Shown here: positions 38,942 through 52,087 of the stretch, piece after piece
Layout of the letters: every line of letters starts with the position of its first letter
Numbering within the stretch: the first letter of the stretch is position 1
Assembly (NCBI RefSeq): GCF_964355755.1
Contig: NC_092677.1
Location: 14,468,101-14,532,100, forward strand
Direction of reading: 5' to 3'
DNA length: 64,000 nt
Origin: Antedon mediterranea
Lineage: Eukaryota; Animalia; Echinodermata
Notes under the pieces: generated by a model
What the model saw: only the letters and a program-made list of their open reading frames with translations
Database searches by the model: none
What the model was told of the DNA's origin: nothing
Program-made: the position numbers and the translations under genes

Positions 38942-41900
38942 AGCTGTTAGTCGTCTGTACTTTTTGCTACCTAGTCGCCTGAAGACACGAGATCGAGTCG
39001 ACTTTTGCATTTGTAGCTCATAAAATAAATGTAGAATCTTCTTAATTCGCCTTCAATCAAAGTTTTAAAACCCTTTTGAAAACACACTTTTTTTTTAGTT
39101 ATTTGCAACTCAACATGTTTTTATTTAAATTCCATTTTATTTCCAAGCACATTGGGGCATTCTGCTGATTGTCAAAAGCGACATATAAATATCGACAGCA
39201 TTTACCATACGACAAAATTCAGCAATGCATGGAATAATCTAATGTTGATGTAATTACTATTACAATGTATGTATGTATGTACTAATGTTAACAATTATCA
39301 TTTAAAATTAATTGGCCTTGTTGAAAATGATAGGGAGAAAATAGACAAACATTTTACTGAGATTTTTCTTTATGTTTCGCATGGATGATACGATATCCCA
39401 ATCTTATACTTCACCGAAACCGGTAAAAAGCTAATAGCTCGGAAACTTTAGCTTAACTAAAAATGACCACAAATGAATGACTCAATATTAATATCATCAC
39501 TTAGTCAAGTCTCCAGAAAATAACTAATTATCTACATGTTTTTTAAGATTTTGTACTTGACATTTAAGTATGAATAATCTTTAAACGTCCTGAAACCATG
39601 TTAAAATTCCAAACTCCTAACTGTCATCAATTTCTAGCAGACGCGTTGAAGCTTGTTACAGTGAGCATCGTTAATAATTAGTTTCCGGAGCGTGGGTTGG
39701 GGAACTTTTTAAACCTCGAAAAAAAGTTCGTTGGCTTACTAGCAAAGGCCATTTCAAAGAATAAGTTATATAAGCCTACAGTGCATTTTTAAGTTTGAAA
39801 ACAATAATTAATGCGGGGGTTTTGCTTCTGATTTAAATCTTAATGAAGAAATATTATAAAGAAGGGGTTTACAACAACGATTACGAACAGGGAAATTAAA
39901 GTAAAACAATGAAACAAGATCAAAATTAAACTTAGAATTAAGCCATTTAAACAGGAGAGTCCTGTTTTGCTCTGACATCAATCAATTTCTCTTTAATTCT
40001 TTGAATATTCTGGTTATTGTAAAATGTAAAATACTATGTGAATCATCCATGATACAACATTTTGAATCAATTCTCACTGATACTATAATATCGTATAACT
40101 TTTCATGTTCTGAACTTTTACAACTCATGTTTTGACAATATTGTTACAGCACCTGTTAGAAAAAAAACATTACCTTCCGAAGTAAAGTATTCAAACCTCA
40201 CGCTTGTTTGGCCAAGAGAACCCACTAATGGAGTTGGTCGGATGTAGGGGAACTTAGTCATTAATTACCGAAAGTATCAATTAAATCTAAAAAAGGAAAC
40301 GATTTTTAATTGTCCTATTTCCATTCGTCTTCAAAATGAATTTTATATGTTTCTCCTTTACTTTCATAATCTGTGAAGGGGAAGTTTTACATATTTGTGC
40401 CAAACAATGTTATCAAACGTGTTCATCATTACAAATACATTAAATGCTCAAGGTATTTCATTCAACAATTAACTCCATAATGGTAGCCAAATTCTGAAAT
40501 AAATACAATGTTTACAAAGACAAAAAATATTATGTACTTCTTTTAGCATTCTGTCAGCGAAATGAATAGAAAAATATTAGACAATTATTTAGCATTACAT
40601 ATTAGCAATCATCAACTTTACTAATGGTATAGAAATGTTAGAAAACATTTGGTTCGTGCTTTTAGGTAATGAAAGCATTGCGCAAGCAATTCCTATCACA
40701 CTCATCTTCTCTAGATGCACGTAACAAATTCCAGATTACATGATCTTTGTAAGCTTACTTTCAAATTAGAGACAAATTAATTTAAGAGTTATATCTTTCC
40801 AAATAATCAAAATAATAGGAAGAAATCAAAGCCTAGAAGAAGAATAGGGGTCTACTAAATTATATACAATTTACAAACATGCATTTCTCCTTCTCATTTA
40901 CATAATTCAGGTGCAGAACTCTCTTCTAAAAACGATTTCTTCAAGTTTAAAAAAAAAGTAGTATTAGTTTGATATACATAAGGAATGTGTGTAAGGCCAA
41001 GCAGGAAATGTTTTTATCGTTATTGGCGTTGAGTGAGGTGATTTTAACAACTGACAGGTTCTAAGACTAAGCTTCAAACATGGTCTCTATTTTTGAAGAG
41101 GAAATTAATATTCATTTTATTTAGTTAAACTGTAGGCCTAACTCTTCAGGGGCGGTCTATGAAAACCTATAATATAGGCCTATTCGATATGTTTGAGAAA
41201 TTGTATAAACTGTATATTATCAACAGACATTTAAAAACACGTAAATCGAAATGGCCTGGTGAGAAAGTGTATTTTGTCTTGTGTAAGTTCAGCCAGTTCA
41301 TTATAATGTCTACTCGTTGATCTGTATAATGTTAGGCCTGCATTTTCAGCTTTCTTCTTCTGTATACATTGTTACCTTCCATTCTTTAGTCTTCATTAAC
41401 TGTATTTCTTTCAGCAACTCACTTCCTCTCTCCGGTGAATTGGTAAATTATATTACCAAAGTGTCATGCTCAAGGGACGTTTACCAGCAATAGCTTAATT
41501 GGCTTAGATGTGATAAAATACTAAATATTGGTTGGAAAAAAATAGTTTATTTCAATTATTAACTTATAAAAGTGTCGCAATTTATTATTTGTTTGTTTAA
41601 GATATTCATTTTTATGTTTCTAAGAAAATCATATATTTGAGAGAAAGTTTTAAAAAAGTTATTAGGCCTATACATAATTTAGAAAGAAATGTCTAGGTCC
41701 CATGATTTATATTACACTATTCAGCGGATCTTTTCATGGTATATAAATATTCGTTCCAATATGTTTGACGTACGTGGTTATATTGCACGTGGTCTTTTCC
41801 TAATTAATAAGATTAGGCAATATTTGCACTATCATTTTAATTTAAAGAATAAAAAGAAAATGTCTATTCTTTATTATGTGTTTTAGGTGGAACTACTTCA

Positions 41901-42069
41901 TGTTAATAACGGTTGTCAGCTTTCGAAGATTTGGGATTTCACGTACGTCAGCATCCAAACTATTGGAACGAATATTCATACAAGGTACGTAAGTAGACAT
42001 CAATAAACTATTAGCTGTGGACGGCGGCTAAATTGTAAATGATCTCCTTCCTTCTATTTCTATTACTGG

Positions 42070-42181
42070 CTACAGCTCACTATGTCGGTTGGTCGGTCGG
42101 TCCGTTGGTTGGTCGGTCGGTTGGTGGGTCGGTAAACACTTACTTAAGCACGCGACTGCAGCCCTGTATATAGACTTGTTT
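42070..42181 (+). mobile_element. DINE-1/HINE-like short element (subfamily 2)
   Basis: CTACAGCTCACTATGTCGG-(GGTC/GGTT)n...GCACGCGACTGCAGCC...CTTGTT. Confidence 0.55.
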
Positions 42182-42383
42182 GAAAGGAAACGCATTCTCA
42201 CTCCTGAGGACGATCATATAATTTGAAACGCCATATTATTTCACCTTACGTTTAAAAATAAAAGGATAAGAAAAAATAGCTCTACTACTCTAGGTATCTT
42301 TGATGTTTGCATGTTATTTAGTGTCATTCTGTACCATGTACTGTCTTAATTGCTGACTATTATGAATTTCTGATTATATTTTT

Positions 42384-43006
42384 TTAATTTACACGTGCGT
42401 AGCCTGTCACTTTTGACGTGCTCGTATAACGTAATTTCGAGTTGAAAAGTAAGTCAAGAAAACATAAATCGGGCAAAAAGAGTGCGCAACAACATTTAAC
42501 GCGCAGTGCGCGCGCAAAAATCTGCGCACTCATGGCAATTTTGTAAACACTTAAAATTTGCCTGAAACGTACTCTTAATATTTCATCGAAAATAAATGTT
42601 GAAAATTGTAAGCGCACGTACGCATGCGTTACATGCGCTATGCACGTAATTGTATTGCCATATGATGATTTATGCCCTGAAATTTATGAGTATCAAATTT
42701 TATTTAATTGGGATTCATGGTTGTGAAGATATGATTACAAACGTGATTTCGTTAAATCGTGCGTAGACCGCGTAATTTTTTATTGCGCACCGGGAAAACA
42801 TAACCACATCGATTCCTGGCCATAAGGAATATATTGTGAAAAATTGACTTAGCTAGATTAAACTGATATCAAGATAAGGTCAGAAAGCGATAAAACGCAT
42901 AGTGATACCGGACCGACAGACAGACCGACCGACAGACCGACAGACCGACCGACAGACCGACCGACCGACATAGTGAACTATAGAGTCGCGTCCACGCGAC
43001 TAAAAA
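42384..43006 (-). mobile_element. Longer DINE-1/HINE-like element (left boundary uncertain)
   Basis: 42902-43006 is the reverse complement of the 5' hairpin and microsatellite of 36600-36732; a CpG-rich interior continues leftward. Confidence 0.55.
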
Positions 43007-45951
43007 TACGACCGTGTTGAGGAAAAGATAAAAACTTTATAACATAACTTAAAATAAAGTCAAAATATAAATGAACACTAATTAAAAATAACGCCCAATT
43101 GCAACCACACAAAAAGAATTCCTTCCAAAATTGAAATGGAACAAACTGAATCAAGAAGCTGTTGAAGACAGTAATTTGATTTAAGAAGATTATTTCCAAT
43201 TTAGCCACCGCCCACAGGGCATCAGAATTCATTGTGAAGTAATAAAGGGACTAACCACCACGTACCAAGTACAGCACAGACTTGGCTATATTTCAAAGAA
43301 ATGTGTTTTACCAAAATTGTCACGCCAAATTATATTTTGGACCGGTGACCTTGTATAGGGACATTTTCCAATGAAACGGATAGGATTGTATCTTTAATTG
43401 CTGGTAACAATTTATACTGTGTCTAAATACGTGAATGTAATCAGAAAGGATGCTTATTGATGGCGAGTAAAATTGTCCTTTTTAGAACGTCGTTGTTTAT
43501 CGTGTGAGTTTTCCTGTGACTCATGTCTTCTGCGACTTCAATATCTTACTGTTAGCAATTCAGTAAATTGATAAAGTATGTTGTTAATACGTACACTTTC
43601 TTTATTTACTTTTGCCTGTTGTTGTGAATCACATTATTCTGTTATTAAAGAAGTGCTAAATTACGTCAAATGTCCACTTGACAATCCATATTGATTAGAT
43701 CATGATAATGCGATATGTTCCATGATCTACAATTCAAATCATAGCAAAATATACTTGACTGCTACGTGCTAAGGAAACTTCAACATTTTTAAAATAATAG
43801 TAAATACGTAAACAATAGTAGATATGTCTTCCGATGGCAGAATTCTTACTTTTGAGTCATGTTTCTTGTAAGTACCCTGTGTAATCGAGTGTCCATGTTA
43901 TCAAATTCTAGAATCCAGTACCCGCCTCCTGAGTAGTATGCTTCTATAATGTTATTCAACTAGTTTACATGACGCACAAGTCTATTTAAGCTGCTCGAAT
44001 TTCCATAGTAGAATTTTAATTTTTATCACAACAAACACACAATTTATTTTATTACTACTAATTATCTATTTAACTATTAATATTAACTCTCTAAAAAGCT
44101 CATAAATGAAAATCGACTTTTCATTTAGTTTGAATATCATATCGTAACACCTCGGGACTGAAGCATAATATGGACTCCTCCTTTTGCAAACCACAGGTGA
44201 CTTCGTTTCGAGGTGAAATTCTTTTCGGAAACAATTGCCCAGTTGGCTTCTTTTCAAAGTTTTACGGTATATTTCTTGGTCCACTTGATATTTGTTACAT
44301 TCAATAATTCCATCACATTAAGAAAAATAGATAAAATAAATAAATATACTATATAGGCCTATACTGAAATAATCTATAAAAGATGTATAAAACATCAACA
44401 AAATCAATGACGTCATAAATGGCACACGCTCCCTCTACGCAGAATATGCTTACGTAACTATTGTAAACACCATTAACGTACTATCGCCTTTGAATACAAG
44501 GCAAGTTCTTGCAGGATATGACTAAACTGGTTATATGGCAGTCGTGAAATATTGTACCCTAATTTCACGATTTAATATTGATACTGTACCTTTCAGTCAA
44601 TTTGAAAATTTAAAAAGACTTTCTGAAAATAATAATAATGTGATTATTCCATGTCTATTTCCTTGCCACATACTTTGTTTTGTTTAAATATTACCAGAGA
44701 AATTATATGTTATTTTGTGGTACTGACTTATTGGAAATAACTGTAGACACGTCAAACCCGTACAATTAATAAATCTTCTTTCTGAGTTGAAAAGAAAATA
44801 GCAGTAGACCTATATAGAATCATCATTAGGTATTGATATCACCATTTTAGTAGTAGATAGATACGACATAGGCCTACGCGAAGACTTACAAAAAAATGTG
44901 ATTTACTGGAGGTTTGTGAAAATAATTAGTGTACATTGTGTGGTTTTGTACTAGTCGAGTCAATAGGGGGATTAGTTAGCCGCGATGACGTCATTAATAA
45001 TTGTCGAGTCGGATATAAATTGTAAAAAGCTAGGGGTTTGGCATGTGATAAATGTAAAACCATATACAATACAGTACATAATATTGAACACTGAAACATA
45101 ATAGCAGTTATAAATGTTTACAATGTATCTTGCAGTATAAAACTATTTTACCTAAATAAAAGTGTAAGGTGCTAGGCTCGAGCCTAGCTACGGTATTCCA
45201 CCGTGGTTAAAATCTAATATCTCGCAAACAATTATAATTATTTCCTAAACCAAATTCTTTATTCCTCTTAATCTATACTTTCACACTAAATGGTGTAAAA
45301 TAACTTACTTTTTGAAAATGTATCAGAAATTATATTCAGAAATCATAAACCAGGAATTATAAGCTTTAAAACATAAACACTGAGAAGACATTGTGAGTAG
45401 AAAACTTAGCGCCCTCGATGGCTTATTATGATGTATGCTGTTCGCTATTTCCCTCAATTAACTGAATGTTTGTTGAATATTTTTCTCAATTTTTATCATT
45501 TGAAAATGTAATTGATTGAGTGAGACTAAATGAGCCGTAGAGCTACTACGTTTCAGATAGCATAATACATTTATAAATATGTTTTTCTTTTATTAGAGTA
45601 GGCCACCGCGCTTATGAATTTCACTTTCAAAAATCATGTATTTTTTTAAAAGAAAAATCAGGGAGAGATTTATCCATTTACATACATTATATTTCATTTT
45701 CAAATTAAAGATTACCAGTCAAATTCTACTCGATAATCTTATCTTAGTCTTGGACGATGTTCATAAGATTTTTTAGTATTTTCACTTTATTATTATAACC
45801 CTTAAAGCCAACACATTTCGAAAGTTGAAAGGGGCAGTGTGATGTGCCATGACATTAGTGTAAACCATAGATAAAAGAAACTCTTGAATTAATCAATTAT
45901 AATAATTATAATTACAATTTTAGAAATTTTAATTCAGGTGTTTTTAGAATT

Positions 45952-46068
45952 GTGTGATTTGCCCAAATATGGTATTGATATGCTCAAATATGGTAGTGAT
46001 ATGACATCATCATGCCTATATATGGGTAACTCACGTTGTCACATAATGTTTGATAGTGAGGCAGAGCT
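45952..46068 (+). mobile_element. PIF/Harbinger-type MITE, degenerate copy
   Basis: GCCCAAATATGGTATTGATATG...TTTGATAGTGAGGCAGAGCT. Confidence 0.7.
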
Positions 46069-47888
46069 TAAGAGCCTATTGATGTGGAATATTTACATTA
46101 TTTACTTTCCATTATAAGCGTTGTTTGCCAATTGCTATACAATTTTTTTGTGAAGTTGACTAAGGGAGTGTTTATATTAAACCATGGACCGTGGACGTTG
46201 AAAGCTAGTAACATATTTCTTTCTGTCGCCACGAAAAACGTACGATAAACTACAGGCCTACGATTTAAACTTAGGAATAGGTAGGTGTTCTTTTATTGTA
46301 CCTTTCCATTGCATAACGTAATTTACTTCTTATCAAAAAGGTGTAGTTTACTACTTTTGTTCGTTTATTATAACGAAAACTAGCCTATAATGAGAACTCC
46401 ATAACACTATACATATACACTTGTAGACGATTATCTCCTAACTTATAGTGACCAGAGCAATAATGGTAAAGTTTGTTGAGAAACCTTAAGTTTATCAAAA
46501 TCATTTAGTTTGCCTACTTGGTCCAGTAGTTCATTACCCACATTTCAGTGACGATAAAGTCGATCCAACAGCGATGACACACAGAACATTGGATCACAAC
46601 TACAACTACTACGTTTTCTGTGTTTAGCAAGCTAGGACACAAAACAATGTCCATATGATTTGAAATACCCAGTATTTGATGCATATATAGCTATATTATG
46701 TATAGCTATATTGTATACCAGTGAACAGTGGGTAGATTACATAATAGCATTGATATATATATATATATATATCAAAGGAAAATGCAGCTTAAGGTTGTTT
46801 TTTTTTTTCATTTTATTGCATATCAAAATCGCAGCCAATAGCTGAATTACATGATACTTACAAATATAAAAACATTTAAAACAGGCATATAACAGTAAGA
46901 TGATAAACATTCAATTAAACAGATAAAGTAATAAGTAACGCGACAATATAAGAGATAACAAAACGAACAAAGGAGTAAAATAATTAAACGAAGAAGACTA
47001 TACTATCTAATACTATACCAAATAATTAAAAAAAAAATAAAGTAAAACGACCACCACGAAGACCAAAATTAGAACAGAATATAAAAAAAAAACATCTTGC
47101 CCTAAACACAGAAAAATGGAATCAAATCATGGAAAGCGTAAATTATGAATAATGGAAAAGACGTGTAAGAGAGGAGGAGAGGACCTAGTTGGGGTCAACA
47201 ACCCACCTCTTTATTAACATTACTGTATTTGTTTTGATTATTTTCTTTGGCGATATCTCCTTTTTTATTTCTCCAAATCATCACTGTATTGTAGGATTTG
47301 GCATTCATTTCTTTAGGCCTACAACTATCTAGACTTTGATATTGTGCTCTATTACATTTAGATTGATTTTCGATTCCATAGTAAAATAATAATCATACTA
47401 AAATTAGTCCTCTCAGGCCTATGAACCATCTTCCGATAGTTTAGGCCTTAGCATTGTAGTAACGTGATACCCACTATTAGTCGGATAATATGCCTCCAAC
47501 TCCTTTTTTCTCTCTTTTTTGACCTTAGTTGACACGGCAAACATCAACATGTATGTTTAGTCACGAATTCTATTCAAAAGTTAGCAAAGGTATACACCGT
47601 TAAGGAAAATCAATCAAAATTGCCATTCTTCGATTGTTTCTCTTTGAAGTTAGGACATGCACAATAGAAACGGTATGAACTCTTTATATAGCAGGGGACT
47701 CTAGTCCGGTCAAACTGCGGTTCGTTCAAATTTAATTTACCGCAGTCATATTTTAGACAGCGCCCTAAATATTTCGTTGCCGTGCGAAACAGATTTTTAC
47801 TGGCTTACGAATACGTGTGCGTTACGTATCAGTTTTCGTTATCGTAATAACATTTCCATTTTTTTATAAGGTTGACAGGGAACATAGC

Positions 47889-49295
47889 ATGAAGAAAAAG
47901 AAATTTACAATAATCCTTGCATTTGCCATTATTACTCTATACTTTGTTATCTTCCCGGATAATAATGTAACATTTAAAGAATTCCTGCCATCTATCAGTC
48001 AACAAACAGAGGACGAAAGCGAAATATACGATGTTATACGCAAACAATACACTATTGATCAAAGTGTTCAAAATGGATCTATCTGTTGTGGTGAATTTAT
48101 AATCGACGAATCTAAATACACGACTTCTTATCCACCAGACGGATCGTGTTATTTCAAAGATAGTTTAAGAAAGTCTGGGCTACCAGATCTACATTCAGCT
48201 TTTGTTGATACAATTGGAGATTATGTAGTTTTTATTGGATTACAGTTTTCAACAAACAAGTGGAGTTCTCGAACGTTTTTCTGCGAATTTCCAGATGGTG
48301 AAAGAACTATTAACAATCCTATCTTAGAGGATAAATTAAGCTTTGGATGGCTTCCACAATATATAATTGTAATAACTTGTGAATTACCCAAAAAATATAA
48401 AACAAGACTCAATTTTCAGATGAATTTTAGAATTTTGCCAAGTGCAAAAACTAATATAAATAATGTAGAAAGTGGTAGTGAAGACACAGTCGCCTACGAC
48501 AATTTGACGGTTTGTCAAACAGGTTCGAAGCAAAGACACTTCTTATCAATGTGTACAATGGTTAGGGATGTAGATGAATTTATCCCTTCATGGTTACAAT
48601 ACCACAAGTATATGGGAGTAGAGCATGTTTACATATATGACAATGCCGTAAACGAAAGTAACAGCAGTTCTCTGATCACATCGTTGAGGGAGTTTATAAA
48701 TTCAGGATTTGTGACTGTGGTTCCATGGGGGCATACCAAATCACCTTCAAAGACGTATCTGGAAATACAGATTGCTCATGAAAACGACTGTTTGTGGCGT
48801 CATCGACATGATTCCCTATGGATGATTAAAACTGACGTTGATGAATATATCCAACCAATGGATTCGAAAAGACCTAAAATCACCGACTATCTAAAAGATC
48901 CGAAGCTGTATACATTAGGAGGAATAAGGATTCAAAATTGGTTTTTCGGTCGACCTCTAAATTCAACTACCCGCAATGGTACTATAATAGAGAGGAATAT
49001 TTGGAGATCAAAATTGCCTACCATCCTAAATACAGGTCATGATAAAAATATTTTAAGACCAATGAATGTTCACTATTTTAAAATACACGCTATTAAATTA
49101 GGAAGTGGGCATAAAACATTAGATCCTGTGAGTGAGCTGAGAATGGTGCATTACCGTGGAGATAATCCAAGGCATCGCAGCTTTAAACTGCCACCATTCG
49201 ATGTTAAAGATACTACTATGGTAGAGATATGGAAAGCAGTGCTAAAAGATAAAGAAGGTTTGACCATTCCTATGCCTTTAGACAACGAAATATAA
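47889..49295 (+). CDS. Glycosyltransferase family 92 (DUF23) type II membrane protein, single coding exon, 468 aa
   Basis: MKKKK followed by hydrophobic anchor FTIILAFAIITLYFVIF; LSMCTMVRD..FIPSWLQYHKYMGVEHVYIYDN; QIAHENDCLWR; WMIKTDVDEYI (DxD motif); C-terminal MVHYR. Splice acceptor at 47870. Confidence 0.88.
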   Translation: MKKKKFTIILAFAIITLYFVIFPDNNVTFKEFLPSISQQTEDESEIYDVIRKQYTIDQSVQNGSICCGEFIIDESKYTTSYPPDGSCYFKDSLRKSGLPDLHSAFVDTIGDYVVFIGLQFSTNKWSSRTFFCEFPDGERTINNPILEDKLSFGWLPQYIIVITCELPKKYKTRLNFQMNFRILPSAKTNINNVESGSEDTVAYDNLTVCQTGSKQRHFLSMCTMVRDVDEFIPSWLQYHKYMGVEHVYIYDNAVNESNSSSLITSLREFINSGFVTVVPWGHTKSPSKTYLEIQIAHENDCLWRHRHDSLWMIKTDVDEYIQPMDSKRPKITDYLKDPKLYTLGGIRIQNWFFGRPLNSTTRNGTIIERNIWRSKLPTILNTGHDKNILRPMNVHYFKIHAIKLGSGHKTLDPVSELRMVHYRGDNPRHRSFKLPPFDVKDTTMVEIWKAVLKDKEGLTIPMPLDNEI

Positions 49296-49435
49296 AGCTC
49301 TGTCTACACTATCAAACTAGTTTAAATATGGTAGTAATATGCCTAAATATGGTAGGCCTACTGATATGACATCATCGTGTCCATATATGGGCACATCACA
49401 TTTTTTCTGTCACATAAAGTTTGAAATAAAGAGCT
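49296..49435 (+). mobile_element. PIF/Harbinger-type MITE inserted at the GT92 stop codon
   Basis: TAA|AGCTCTGTCTACACTATCAAAC...GAGCT|TAA; the left TSD is the stop codon 49293-49295. Confidence 0.85.
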
Positions 49436-49667
49436 TAATTATGAGTTTTTGATTTACAGAAGGCCTATGTTTACATGAGTATTACATGTGTGTACAGTTG
49501 TAATTAATATGTTAATAGGTCTAAATGTTATTGAATACAATACAAATGCGAAACAAAATTAATAATACTACTATGCTGTGTTGAAATGTTCAAAGAGAGC
49601 AAAAGTTACTGAGTAAATGAAACATTTTATTAAATTAAACTGTTGTTCCTGTTTGAACAATTACACA

Positions 49668-49825
49668 AAAAGTTCAAAAGTTCAAAAAACATTTATTTGT
49701 TCAACAATGGCATTATACAGTATAAAATATAGGTGTGTACATAAATGAAAACATAGTAATAAGCCATCATTTGGGGTCTTCTCTAGAAGAAATCAAGTTT
49801 CTTGTCTCGAGAAAGACCCCAGAAA
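49668..49825 (-). mobile_element. Probable LINE 3' UTR remnant
   Basis: Long hairpin GGGGTCTTCTCTAGAAGAAA...TTTCTTGTCTCGAGAAAGACCCC; AATAAA and a short tandem tail on the minus strand. Confidence 0.4.
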
Positions 49826-52087
49826 CAATACACATACATTTAAACTAATACAATGTACTACTTAAAATAATAAATAAAAACAAAAACGATGAAATAAAAA
49901 TAGATACTTTCAGTGTACTACAATCATAATAATATTAAAATTAAAACACTCTCGTATACAGTATTCCGAAAATACAATATAATCAATTTGGATGTTTTTC
50001 GCATAATAATGTATTTAGACGGGTAATAATTATGTTGTGAAATATCATGTGATCTATTACTTCAATCGTAATTGTGTGTATCTTGATACACGCAGAGGGC
50101 GGTATAGGTACTGTCAGAAATATGATTATTATAAAACATCTGAATGCCTTGTCTGTCCATAATACATAAGAGATTTCCATAAACTACACTTGCATGTTTC
50201 TCGTTATGTTTCATAAAAAAACCTTAGAATTGTAAAATCCTCACAATTAAACATGAGCTTCAATCAAATAAACGTAAATCATGTTTAGAATAGTTTTGTA
50301 TCACAACAGAAAAAGTACATTTTCATCCTTGGAAATGAACAGTGTATTTACTATACTGTGTGAAACGTTGGAAAAACGATCATTTTTAATGATTAATGAT
50401 AATTCGATGGCATAAATAATGTTGTGTTGTTGTTTAATCTGTACACAGTTAGTTCTTTTAATTATTTAATTATTATTTTAATTATTTGTAATTACTTTTG
50501 ATTTGTTGTTTTAAGTTGGATTTTTTATTCCTACACGAGTGCCACCGATATAAAGGTGTCGTTCCAATAAAGATGATTATGGTATTTAGTAAGTAAAATG
50601 ATTTATCAAATTATATTTACGTATGATATGATACTTGTTATACTTATCACCATGAATTGACATTTCCAACGATATTTTATAATAGAATAAATTATTGGTA
50701 GTTAATCTCTGTATTGTTGTAAGGCTATCATTTTGGGAACTTAGTGTGTCGTTTGCTCGTCCCATGGACTTCGAATCCGCCAGCGCCAAAAATAATATGT
50801 CGAGAAATGGAACTGAGAAGCACAGCATGTCCACGTATGCGCATAATTATTATCTATATGTCCTTTCGCATCTAGGTTATCGCAAATAGAAAGATCTCGA
50901 AAATGTCTTATTGTTTAAAAAAATGAATAGGATTCTATAGGAACAATAAAACCACATTATCACAAAGACCCGCGTGAAAAACAAGGGAGGGTTAAACAAA
51001 AGCTCGAGAAAATAGTCTCTCAATTAGGCCTATTATAAGGTCATCGTCAAGTGTCATTTAGAAATTACAAACAAACCCATACTAAAAAAGAGGTAGGACT
51101 ACATCATGTATTCGATGGTTGGTTTTGGATATGTCTACGTCATTTTAATAGAAGACAGCTATTAATTACCAGGTAGGCCTACGTTTAGTATTTATATTCA
51201 AATAGTATCAATGGGTTGCCATAGTTTCATTAGAAAATGTCCATTTTTATTATATTAAGTCGTTTTTCCTGAATAAGGGTGTCTCATGGGTTCTTCTGTA
51301 ACATTAGGCACATAAATAAATTAGGCGTATTAATTACGGTTCCACTTTACTGACACTGTATGCCTACATTTTTATTGAAAGGCTCTCTCTTTAATGTATT
51401 CAACAGAAACAGAGGTTATTTATTGTAAGAGTACTATACAAATAATGAATGTTTATGAGTGTAATTGGGCAAATAAGTATGCATATTGTCAACAACCTAG
51501 TTTAGAAAGGCAAAATTAGCGTTACGAGCAAATTGATAGGCAACTGAAACTGATCTAGGTTAATTCTGTTTTTAATGATTTCTTGTATAGTAGGTTCCCA
51601 TTAATTAATCAAAGTCATACAAACAATCTAAGAGCTTTTTTGTTTAAATAAGTAGTACAAATCGCTCTCCAAAAATGTTTGTTCCGTTCCGATTGAGTGC
51701 CATTTTGAATGTTATTGTTTGTAAGCAAAAAGTAGCCGGCGCTATTGATTTTCCACCGCGGGGACGTTCATCGCCTCCTCTTTTGTTATAGGCCTACAAC
51801 GTGTAAGAAACATTCAGCGCCCAAACAAAATCGCACTCTGATGACGTATTTAAAGGTGCTATGCCATGTGACCCATAATCCTACAATCAAATTACAAGAA
51901 TTTACTTTGGCACGTTATTATTATTTCATACTAATGTTAGGCTTTAGTTCATTAATTTATTGGCAATTATAATAGAATACTAGTATATACAACTCAAATG
52001 AGTACGAAATATATCCATTACTTAAAATGACTTTTTACTGTTTTAACAGGTTGCAAAGCAGTGATAAATGCCATGTGTTAGTGGAAT

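Noticed and set aside
42195-42235. Hammerhead-ribozyme-like CTGAGGA...GAAA
   Set aside because: Stem II is poorly paired and no convincing stems I/III or cleavage triplet were found; at most a decayed remnant.
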